53,606 nucleotides of DNA from Actinomycetota bacterium (GTDB lineage Bacteria > Actinomycetota > Acidimicrobiia > Acidimicrobiales > MedAcidi-G1): the NCBI GenBank assembly GCA_036123635.1, contig JAZADL010000095.1, positions 1-53,606 on the forward strand, in the 5' to 3' direction. Position numbers and translations under genes: made by a program. The notes beneath the pieces are model-generated. The model was not told the DNA's origin and made no database searches. It saw only the letters and a list, made by a program, of their open reading frames with translations. Numbering within the stretch: position 1 is the first letter of the stretch; each line of letters starts with the position of its first letter. Shown here one piece after another: positions 46,037 through 53,606 of the stretch.

Positions 46037-47473
46037 TCAACCCCGCTCGGTCAGGTCGTATTCGGCCATGAAGTACGGAGTGTCAGGGTCATAGGAGGTG
46101 AGCGTGACGGGATCAGCCACCCGGCCTACTGGGCGGACATCGGTGCCAATGGTGTCCGAGGCGTCATCGCCGAGTTCGGCTCGAGCCGCCTCGACAAGAG
46201 CCAACAGTTCGGCGACTATCGCGGGGTATTCCTCGACTAAGTCGTTTCGCTCGCCGACATCAGCCTCTAGGTCATAGAGCCTCACCCGTTCCACATTCCA
46301 TTTCCGAACATGGAGCTTCCAACGTCCCTTTCTCACAGCCTCGACGTTTCCGCCAAGGATGTAGAAGAACGGCGCTTCGGGCGGGGCGTCGCCGCCCTCC
46401 AGGACAGTGCTGATGTCGCGTCCGTCCAAGGTTCGGTCGCTGGGGACGTCGATGCCGCACCACCCGGCAATCGTGGGGTAGAGGTCCATGGCATTGACGA
46501 CCTCGGAGACCGTTTGTCCGGCCGGGATCCTTCCCGGCCACCGGACGATGCATGGCACCCGCTGCCCGCCCTCCCACGTTGTGCCCTTTGATGCCCGGAG
46601 CTCACCGTTGCTACCACCGCCGTCGCGAATCAGAGCACCGTTGTCGCTGGTGAAGACAACCACTGTGTCCTCGTCCAGGCCCAGGGCTCGAATCTCGTCA
46701 AGAAGCGCCCCGGTCGACCAATCAATGCATTGCACCGCCGCCCCGTAACGACCATTAGTCGACTGTCGAACGAAGTGATCCCGAACGTAGATCGGCAGGT
46801 GTACGTAGAGGTGCGCGAGGTAGAGGAAGAACGGACTGTCCCGATGAGAGCGTAGGAACTCGATCGCGTCAGCGACGTATGCCTCGGTCAAGGCGGCCTG
46901 GTCGGGCTGCTCGGCTACCACCTCGTCGTCTCGCATAAGGGGAAGAGGTGGGCGGTCAGCCAGCATCGGAGCGTCATCAGGCAATGGCGTCCCCAACTGC
47001 TCCATGATGTCTCGGTAGGGCTGCTCCTCCGGCGACAAGGCTTGCCGACCCATGTCGTTGCTGTAGGGAAGACCAAACCAGCCGTCGAAACCATGGCAGG
47101 TAGGCAGGAACTCCGGTTGGTCTCCGCAGTGCCACTTTCCGACTAGACGGGTGGCGTATCCAGCGTCGTTAAGGAGGCGGGCGATAGTGATCTCGTCAGG
47201 GTGCAACCCTTGGGCTTGGCCGGGGAACAGAACAGGAGCGTTGTCGATGCTCCGCCCACCGAAACCAACCCGGAGCGGATAACTGCCGGTGAGCATTGCG
47301 GCTCGTGACGGCGAGCAGACCGGTGACGCCATGTAGAAGTCAGTGAGGCGAGCCCCCTCGGAGGCCATGTGGTCCAGGACCGGGGTCTCATGCTGAGTTG
47401 AGCCGTAGCACGACAGGTCGCCGTAGCCCAGGTCGTCACAGTTGATGAGGATGACGTTCGGTCGTCGACTCAT
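46037..47473 (-). CDS. Cys-type formylglycine arylsulfatase (about 480-aa form)
   Basis: ORF 46037..47491, with the likely ATG start at 47473 (MSRRPNVILINCDDLGYGD). FGly motif VCSPSRAAMLTGSYP (Cys codon 47315..47317), GKWHCG, SDNGA, RLYDLEADVGERND. No signal peptide. Confidence 0.92.
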   Translation of the reverse strand: MSRRPNVILINCDDLGYGDLSCYGSTQHETPVLDHMASEGARLTDFYMASPVCSPSRAAMLTGSYPLRVGFGGRSIDNAPVLFPGQAQGLHPDEITIARLLNDAGYATRLVGKWHCGDQPEFLPTCHGFDGWFGLPYSNDMGRQALSPEEQPYRDIMEQLGTPLPDDAPMLADRPPLPLMRDDEVVAEQPDQAALTEAYVADAIEFLRSHRDSPFFLYLAHLYVHLPIYVRDHFVRQSTNGRYGAAVQCIDWSTGALLDEIRALGLDEDTVVVFTSDNGALIRDGGGSNGELRASKGTTWEGGQRVPCIVRWPGRIPAGQTVSEVVNAMDLYPTIAGWCGIDVPSDRTLDGRDISTVLEGGDAPPEAPFFYILGGNVEAVRKGRWKLHVRKWNVERVRLYDLEADVGERNDLVEEYPAIVAELLALVEAARAELGDDASDTIGTDVRPVGRVADPVTLTSYDPDTPYFMAEYDLTERG

Positions 47474-47583
47474 GGCTGGCCCTTCAGTCACCCGCGATCA
47501 TCCTGCGCGAGACAGCAGTCTGCCGAAGCGGGGACTGGGACCGGACCCCGTTTGGAAGCCAGACCGAGGCTACGGTCCGCCCC

Positions 47584-48081
47584 ATGAGCGATGAAGCCGA
47601 GAGCCAGAAGGTTGTAATGGAGTGGGAGACCCCCACCCATGCAGAGATTATCGAGATCACGAAGGCGCACATCATGGGGATGGAGGCCTCCGACGACGAT
47701 GCCGTGTGGTGTGTGGTGGGCATGCACCACGTGCTGTTACACACCGTCGGGCGACGATCAGGCAACGAACACAAGGTGGCGTTGCCGTTCTGGCGAGATG
47801 CCGACGGGCACCGAATCGTGGTCGGGTCGTTCGCCGGGGCGACGAAAGACCCGGCGTGGGTCCTAAACCTACGGGACCGAGAGGCCAATCCCCGAGTGAA
47901 GATCAGGGTCCAGGGCGGCATGTTTTGGTCCGAGCACGAAGTTCTCGATGCAGGGCCCACCCGTGACGCCCTGTGGGCCGCCTTGGTGGAGGACCGAGCG
48001 TTTTACGCCGACTATCAGGCAAAGACGGAACGGGTGATACCCCTGGTACGCCTGGCTGAGACTGAGGCCATTACCGACTGA
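47584..48081 (+). CDS. DDN-family (PF04075-like) deazaflavin/F420H2-dependent nitroreductase-quinone reductase
   Basis: 165 aa. HTVGRRSGNEHKVALPF...GSFAGATKDPAWVLNLRDREANPRVKIRV matches the family core. Confidence 0.8.
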   Translation: MSDEAESQKVVMEWETPTHAEIIEITKAHIMGMEASDDDAVWCVVGMHHVLLHTVGRRSGNEHKVALPFWRDADGHRIVVGSFAGATKDPAWVLNLRDREANPRVKIRVQGGMFWSEHEVLDAGPTRDALWAALVEDRAFYADYQAKTERVIPLVRLAETEAITD

Positions 48082-48149
48082 TCAACCGGTCATCGATCAG
48101 GTAAGGCGGTCTATCAGAGTCTGAGTTCAGGGCAGAGGAACCGGGGTCT

Positions 48150-48995
48150 TCATGGCCGGCCTGCATGAGGGCGGTCCACGAGCGTGGTCCAGATGCATCC
48201 GTCCCCGGTACCAGTGCGGTCGGAACCAGCCCCGGGGGCGGTAAGGACGTAAAGAGTCCGTCCATCGGCTCCACCCAGCGTGCAGGCGTAGGGCGTTTGT
48301 GGAGTTTCGATTTGGTGGGTGATCTCGCCACCCTCTACCACCCGAAGCACTCCCGAGGTGGCTACGTCGGCGAACCAGATTCCGTTCGCTTCGTCCATTG
48401 TGCAGCCGTCGGGTGCCGACTGGGGGAGTGGTGCCCACTCTCGGGCCGGTCCGGGCGTTCCGTTTCTGTCCAGGTCAAAGGCGGTGTAGCGCTGACCGAA
48501 TGTTTCGCCCACGATCAGGGTTCGACCGTCGGGGGTGATGACCGAGCCGTTGGGGAACAGCAGGTCGCCAGGCCCGGTGTCTACGGTTCCATCGGGTCGC
48601 ACTACGGCCAGTGTGGCGGTCTGTGGGTGGCCGTAGTTGGCCTCGATATCCCAGCCGAAGTTCCCCACATAGGCCGTGCCGTCAACCGCAACCACCATGT
48701 CGTTGCAATGCCAGGTGGCGACTTCAGAAAGGTCGGCGTGGACACTCACCTCGCCGTCCACGACACGGAGGACCTGTCGGGCGAGCATGGCTACGACGAG
48801 CATGGAGCCATCGGGCATCCATCCAAGGCCAGAGGGCTGCTCGTCGCCTAGGTCGAGCACGGTTTCTCGCTTGCCTTCCAGCGACACGGCGTAGATGCGG
48901 TGCTGGTAGAAGTCGCTGTACCAGAGCCGACCGTCGTGCCAGCGAGGTCCTTCGCCAAAGTCCAGGTCGTCGAGCAGCAGTTCGAGTTGTGCCAT
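48150..48995 (-). CDS. SMP-30/gluconolactonase/LRE-family beta-propeller hydrolase
   Basis: 281 aa. DFGEGPRWHDGRLWYSD, PSGLGWMPDG, NDMVVAVDG, PNGSVITPDG, PDGCTMD repeats. Confidence 0.88.
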   Translation of the reverse strand: MAQLELLLDDLDFGEGPRWHDGRLWYSDFYQHRIYAVSLEGKRETVLDLGDEQPSGLGWMPDGSMLVVAMLARQVLRVVDGEVSVHADLSEVATWHCNDMVVAVDGTAYVGNFGWDIEANYGHPQTATLAVVRPDGTVDTGPGDLLFPNGSVITPDGRTLIVGETFGQRYTAFDLDRNGTPGPAREWAPLPQSAPDGCTMDEANGIWFADVATSGVLRVVEGGEITHQIETPQTPYACTLGGADGRTLYVLTAPGAGSDRTGTGDGCIWTTLVDRPHAGRP

Positions 48996-49078
48996 CCGGG
49001 CCTCCCGGTTCCGACCTCAACATTAAGAGAGGGCCGAAGCGCTGGTGAAGACGGCACCCCGCCTAGCCTTCGGCGCCG

Positions 49079-50248
49079 ATGGGCTTCCGAGCGCTAGCGC
49101 CGTACGTTTGGCCGATCTACGGACCCTGGATGTCGGCCAGCTTGGGTATGAGCCTCCTCCTAGTGGCTCTGCCAATCATCCTGGTTGGCGATGGCTACGG
49201 GTATGCCGTGGCGAGCATCGTGGCTGGTGCTGGGGGTGCGGGAGCTGCTGCTGGGGCGTTACCCGCAGGTTGGGCCACTGATCGGTGGGGTCCAGCCAGA
49301 GTGGGAGCGGGATCCCTCCTGGCCATGGCGGGTTCAGCGGCCGTCATGACAACCAGCGGGACGGTAGCCATCTTAGGATTTGGTCACTTTGTCTTCGGCG
49401 CCGGCGCTCTCGGCGTGCTGTTGTCACGTCAAGCCGACCTGACCCGCCGGATTCCACCGCTGCTCAGAGGTCGAGCCATGTCGCTGATGGGTGGGACAAT
49501 GCGGTTCTCAGTTCTCCTCGGGACCATTGTTGGCGGCACCCTCGTCGATGTGGCCGGTGCCCGTTGGACCTTTGGGGCCGCCGGCCTAGGAGCAGCGATA
49601 GGTATTCCGGCAGTTCTTCCTGGCGCCCTAAAGCCGGAAAGAGAGGTCGCTCCGATTGGTGCCGGAGGTCCGGGCCTGTTTGAGGTGGTACGGGCGAATC
49701 GGCGACGTTTACTACACGCAGGACTGTTCGGAATGGCCGCGATGACAACGCGTGAGGGCCGGATGGTGTTGCTTCCCCTGGTGGGGGTTGCCTTGGACCT
49801 CCGTCCGTCGGCTATCGGGATCCTGGTGGCTGCCGGCTACAGCGCAGACCTGATCCTCTTCCCGCTCTCGGGCTTGATCATGGACCGCTTGGGGCGCCTA
49901 GCGGCAATAGTGCCAGCGTACGGATTACTCGCGCTCGGCCTGCTCAGCCTGCTGGCGGCGGACTCGGCGACGGGGGTTCTGCTGTCGGGGCTAGTGATGG
50001 GCCTCGGGAACGGCCTGAGCGCTGGCTCCCTGTTCACCCTAAGTAGTGACCTGGCTCCCGAAGAGGGAACAGCTTCATTTCTCTCGGCGGTCGCGCTCCT
50101 CACCGACGGCGGTCGAGTATTCGGACCGCTGGTTGTGGCGGTGGTGGCCAGCCTTGGCAGCTTGGATGCTGCAGCGGTCGGTCTGGCCCTTGTCATGATC
50201 CTCGGTCTGGTCTGGCTGGTGGCCGTGGTCGGCGAGACCTCGGCCTAG
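49079..50248 (+). CDS. MFS transporter
   Basis: 389 aa, about 12 hydrophobic helices, with a loop motif DRWGPARV between TM2 and TM3. Confidence 0.8.
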   Translation: MGFRALAPYVWPIYGPWMSASLGMSLLLVALPIILVGDGYGYAVASIVAGAGGAGAAAGALPAGWATDRWGPARVGAGSLLAMAGSAAVMTTSGTVAILGFGHFVFGAGALGVLLSRQADLTRRIPPLLRGRAMSLMGGTMRFSVLLGTIVGGTLVDVAGARWTFGAAGLGAAIGIPAVLPGALKPEREVAPIGAGGPGLFEVVRANRRRLLHAGLFGMAAMTTREGRMVLLPLVGVALDLRPSAIGILVAAGYSADLILFPLSGLIMDRLGRLAAIVPAYGLLALGLLSLLAADSATGVLLSGLVMGLGNGLSAGSLFTLSSDLAPEEGTASFLSAVALLTDGGRVFGPLVVAVVASLGSLDAAAVGLALVMILGLVWLVAVVGETSA

Positions 50249-50249
50249 G

Positions 50250-51335
50250 TTGCCTCGAGTGGTCAGCCTCTTCTCCCCGACGTCGCTCGGAACTCTGGAA
50301 CTCAAGAACCGAATCGTCATGGCGCCCATGACCCGCTCACGATCCACCGAGAATGGTGCAGTAACCGACCTGATGGCTGGGTATTACGGACAGCGGGCAT
50401 CAGCAGGCCTAATTGTGACCGAGGGGAGCGCCCCGAGCGAAAACGGCAAGGGTTATTGCCGTACGCCGGTCCTGGACTCGCCGGAACGGGCCGACGGTTG
50501 GCGGCCCGTAACTAGTGCGGTACATCAGAGCGGCGGATTGATCGTCGCCCAAGCCATGCACTGTGGACGAATTGCCCATAGGGACAACAAGGCCCCAGAC
50601 GCCGAGACTGTGGCTCCGTCGGCTGTGCGTGCCGCCGGAGAGATGTATACGGACAGCAACGGCTTACAGCCCTTTGACCAACCGCGGGAATTGACGGAAG
50701 ACGAGGTTTCCGGAGTGGTGGGGGAATACCGCCGATTTGCTGCCTTGGCTGTCGAGGCCGGATTCGACGGTGTCGAATTGCACGGAACGAGTGGTTACCT
50801 CCCGGCCCAGTTCCTGTGCACGGGCACAAACCGGAGAACCGACGCCTACGGTGGGCCAGTTCGAAATCGGATCCGGTTCGTGGTCGAAGCGCTACATGCC
50901 ATGTCCGACGAGGTGGGGGCTGACCGGGTCGGCTTCCGTATTTGCCCGGGGAACCCGTTCAACGATCTTCAAGATGAGGGACCTTCCGACGTTGAGGACA
51001 CTTTCCGGGCACTGCTAGAGGAGATCCGTCCCATGGGCCTGGCCTACCTGCACGTCATCCGTCTGGCGGGAGCGGATCTGGACAACTTGGCACTGGCCAG
51101 TGACCACCACGACGGGGCACTGGTCGCTAACGACTCCTTCGACGCCCGAGAGGCCGAAGATGCCATCTCCGGTGGACGGTGTGACGCCGTGTCGTTCGCT
51201 CGACACTTCCTGGCCAACCCCGACCTGGTTGAGCGCTTAGCTGACGGCCTGCCACTGGCCCGCTTCGATCCTCGGACCCTCTACACCCCTGGACCCGTCG
51301 GCTACGTCGACTATCCGACAGCCAAAGAGTCATGA
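50250..51335 (+). CDS. Old-Yellow-Enzyme-family alkene reductase (NemA/OPR-like NADH:flavin oxidoreductase)
   Basis: 361 aa. LKNRIVMAPMTRSR, QAMHCGRIAH, GFDGVELHGTSGYL, RTDAYGG, VSFARHFLANPDL. Confidence 0.9.
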   Translation: MPRVVSLFSPTSLGTLELKNRIVMAPMTRSRSTENGAVTDLMAGYYGQRASAGLIVTEGSAPSENGKGYCRTPVLDSPERADGWRPVTSAVHQSGGLIVAQAMHCGRIAHRDNKAPDAETVAPSAVRAAGEMYTDSNGLQPFDQPRELTEDEVSGVVGEYRRFAALAVEAGFDGVELHGTSGYLPAQFLCTGTNRRTDAYGGPVRNRIRFVVEALHAMSDEVGADRVGFRICPGNPFNDLQDEGPSDVEDTFRALLEEIRPMGLAYLHVIRLAGADLDNLALASDHHDGALVANDSFDAREAEDAISGGRCDAVSFARHFLANPDLVERLADGLPLARFDPRTLYTPGPVGYVDYPTAKES

Positions 51336-51441
51336 CAGCAGTCCGGGAACAAGAGGAAAACGCGTACAAGGAACCGGTGAGGTCCGCCTGCCACATTCAG
51401 GGGTTGGCGAACCTGCCGTGGCGCGACGATCCTGATGCGAC

Positions 51442-51714
51442 ATGCACTACGTGATCCACGCCCTTGACCGTTCGGACGCTGGCGACCTGCGGGCCCGAAC
51501 CCGACCGGACCATCTGGCCTACTTGGCCGGCTTTGAGGTGACGTTTGGCGGGCCGCTCTTAGACGATGACGGTCAGATGTGCGGTTCTCTGATCGTCCTT
51601 AACGTTGATACCCGCGAGGCAGCCGAGGAGTTCGCGGCCGGGGACCCCTACGCCGAGGCAGGACTGTTCGAACGGGTCACGATCACAGGCTTCCGACCCC
51701 TACTAGGCACCTGA
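51442..51714 (+). CDS. YciI-family protein
   Basis: 90 aa. MHYVIHALDR...RPDHLAYL...GSLIVLNVDTREAAEEFAAGDPY...FERVTI is typical of YciI. Confidence 0.8.
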   Translation: MHYVIHALDRSDAGDLRARTRPDHLAYLAGFEVTFGGPLLDDDGQMCGSLIVLNVDTREAAEEFAAGDPYAEAGLFERVTITGFRPLLGT

Positions 51715-51736
51715 ACCCCGGCGACGCGCTCACAGA

Positions 51737-52525
51737 TCAGTCCAGGGCAGCCAGGAAGTCGAGCATGGCGGGGTTGACTACGGCCGGTGCCTCAAGGTTG
51801 CTGGTATGGCCGGCGCCGGGAACCACTACGAAGGTCGACGATCCCGAGAGTAATTCCGAGACGAGACGTCCCCTTTCCAGAGGAATGGCCATGTCGGCAT
51901 CGCCGTGGAAAACGATGCTCGGACAGGTGATCTCGCCAAGACGGTCGAGGATCGAGTCGCGCTCGAAGAGGCAATCCTTCGCTCCCTTCCAGGCGGTGAT
52001 CGGCTTGGAGGTCCACTTGCCCCGCCAGTAACGGGCATCGGCGTAACCAGGGGCGAATAAAACCATCTCGAGGGCGTCACCGACCTCGCCGGAAAGCCCT
52101 ATGGCGATCGCGGCGTCAAAGAGCGCCTGATACTGCGTCCGGTCCTCGCCGGAGAGAACTTCGGCTTCGGTGTCGACCAGCACCATGGCCCGGACCCGGG
52201 CAGGAGCGGTGAGAGCGGCCCGCAGCGTCAGGAAACCACCCTGGGACATACCGCCGAGCACCGCACGGTCAATGCCTAGATGGTCCATCAGGCCGATCAC
52301 GTCGGCGGCCAAATCCCAGTAGTCGAACGGCTCGGTGTGAACGGTTTGGCCCCAGCCCCGCTCATCGTAAGTCACGACCCGCCATCCGGCGCCGGTGAGA
52401 GGGCCAACCTGATGGACCCACATCTCGTGGTCCATGCTGAAGCCGTGGCTCAGCAAAATGGCCGGCCCGTCGCCACCGGTGTCTAGGTAGTGGATGGCCT
52501 GACCGTTCACGTCAGCGAAGGGCAT
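51737..52525 (-). CDS. alpha/beta-fold hydrolase (3-oxoadipate enol-lactonase-like)
   Basis: 262 aa. ILLSHGFSMD, nucleophile elbow GGMSQGG, C-terminal PGAGHTSNLE. Confidence 0.85.
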   Translation of the reverse strand: MPFADVNGQAIHYLDTGGDGPAILLSHGFSMDHEMWVHQVGPLTGAGWRVVTYDERGWGQTVHTEPFDYWDLAADVIGLMDHLGIDRAVLGGMSQGGFLTLRAALTAPARVRAMVLVDTEAEVLSGEDRTQYQALFDAAIAIGLSGEVGDALEMVLFAPGYADARYWRGKWTSKPITAWKGAKDCLFERDSILDRLGEITCPSIVFHGDADMAIPLERGRLVSELLSGSSTFVVVPGAGHTSNLEAPAVVNPAMLDFLAALD

Positions 52526-52635
52526 AGAGGATCTCCTCGGGTGCTGTATGTCGGGCCAGCCGAGTGACAGCCAGTGCGGGCTGCGTTCAGGATGGAATTC
52601 GTCAATGGGGCGCGTACAAAATCTAGTCTGGGCCG

Positions 52636-53606
52636 GTGACCGTCGGCTATCGCAACCCGTTTCTGGCCGCCAGTGGGAACCCGATCGCCCACGGTCGATG
52701 CGATCAGCAGGACTGCACAGAGATAGCTGGGGCCATTCCCGACGGTGCGGTCGAGTTAGCCGACGACGAGAGGCAGTTCACCTGGCTCGGGCCCGGCCAC
52801 TTCGGGGGTTTGATCTCTGGCCCGTACCCCGATGGGAAGCGGACAATCTGGAGCAATGGCCGCGAGCGACTGGTCAAGTTGGATTACGAAACCCTGGAGG
52901 TCCTGGCCACTTTGGATCTACCTGGCCCGGAGTCCAGCACGATGGCGGACTGGGAGGCTGGCGTGGCGGGCCTCGACGATCTGGAGGGCGACGAGGCAGT
53001 CCTCCACGCCGTCGATTTGGCCACCCGGTTCTTGACCGGTCTCGACGGGGTGTACTCCCTCCTGGATGCGAACCACACCCTGTTCCTGGGGTGCAAGACG
53101 GGTGCTGTGGCCTACGCCGAGGTGGACCCGACGGATCGTTGTTCACCCCTTGTGGAGGTCGCACGGTGGGCCAAACCAGCAGAGGTCGAGGGGCTGTTCG
53201 TCGGTGTCAATATGACCCCCGACGGTCGCCTGGTGCTGTCCACTGACCACGGGTGGCTGGTCAGCCTGGCCCGGGACTTCTCTGACCACGTGGCCGTCCG
53301 GCTGCCTGGAGCGGACAAGGAGGCAGCCGACCACTGTGCCCGGATGGAGGCCGAGCGGGGTAATACGGGATACGGCTGGGTGCGTACCAGTATGTGTTGC
53401 GACGAGACGGGGGGCATTTACGTCAGTTCGGTGGACCACACCCATCGGGTGGTGTGGACCGGCGAGCGTTTCTCGTTAGACGAGGCCGACGGCGCGTGGA
53501 GTGCTCGTTACCGAAACGAAACCGGCCGGGGCTCAGGAACAACGCCGTCGCTCATGGGGTTCGAAGCTGACGAGGACCGCTTCGTGGTGATCGGTGATGG
53601 CGACGA
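52636..53606 (+). CDS. hypothetical protein, 3'-truncated by window edge
   Basis: Not in the ORF track because it has no stop. My own translation of frame 1 is open from the TAG at 52624 to the window end. GTG 52636 gives VTVGYRNPFLAASGNPIAHGRCDQQD...GERFSLDEADGAWSARYRNETGRGSGTTPSLMGFEADEDRFVVIGDGD. Composition is balanced and GC3-rich. No family recognised. Confidence 0.6.
   Translation, partial: MTVGYRNPFLAASGNPIAHGRCDQQDCTEIAGAIPDGAVELADDERQFTWLGPGHFGGLISGPYPDGKRTIWSNGRERLVKLDYETLEVLATLDLPGPESSTMADWEAGVAGLDDLEGDEAVLHAVDLATRFLTGLDGVYSLLDANHTLFLGCKTGAVAYAEVDPTDRCSPLVEVARWAKPAEVEGLFVGVNMTPDGRLVLSTDHGWLVSLARDFSDHVAVRLPGADKEAADHCARMEAERGNTGYGWVRTSMCCDETGGIYVSSVDHTHRVVWTGERFSLDEADGAWSARYRNETGRGSGTTPSLMGFEADEDRFVVIGDGD

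Noticed and set aside
52548-53246. Listed 232-aa ORF at the right end of the window
   Set aside because: It is a G/R/P-rich artefact-like translation. A different frame (52636 to the window end) stays open and looks coding.
1-53606. Searched for CRISPR repeats, tRNA/rRNA, IS inverted repeats, integrases, toxin-antitoxin pairs and known defence-system genes
   Set aside because: I saw no regularly spaced direct repeats, no tRNA-like T-arm/acceptor patterns in the few intergenic gaps, and no nuclease, helicase, methylase or transposase motifs in any listed ORF. The window reads as metabolic chromosome rather than a defence or mobile island. Detection by eye is limited.

Overview
GC-rich bacterial chromosomal segment with strong G/C bias at third codon positions. 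It holds about 50 tightly packed protein-coding genes, many with 1-8 nt start/stop overlaps. By eye I found no rRNA, tRNA, CRISPR array, transposase, integrase, phage gene or recognisable transcription factor. Several families suggest an Actinomycetota-like lineage (Chloroflexota not excluded): an EthA-like Baeyer-Villiger monooxygenase, a fused CysNC, an F420-type PPOX and a DDN-family deazaflavin enzyme. This is inference only.

The main theme is organosulfur metabolism:
- Four cytoplasmic Cys-type formylglycine sulfatases.
- A TauD/TfdA dioxygenase.
- An MBL-fold alkylsulfatase-like protein with a degenerate metal motif.
- A cysD-cysNC-cysC sulfate-activation operon with a duplicated APS kinase.

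Other themes:
- Two DhlA-like haloalkane dehalogenases flanking a Rieske oxygenase.
- An ectoine/osmolyte-catabolism-like cluster: flavoprotein, PhyH, EutA-like, M24 hydrolase and 2OG oxygenase.
- A beta-oxidation/alcohol dehydrogenase set.
- Many flavin/F420 oxidoreductases and alpha/beta hydrolases.

The most unusual object is an 868-aa single ORF (30227..32833) that fuses a complete formylglycine sulfatase to an Hsp31-like DJ-1/PfpI domain. It is translationally coupled to an SRPBCC ligand-binding protein and followed by PhzF and PPOX genes.

All calls rest on motif recognition in the supplied translations. Start codons are best guesses, and no database search or computation was possible.
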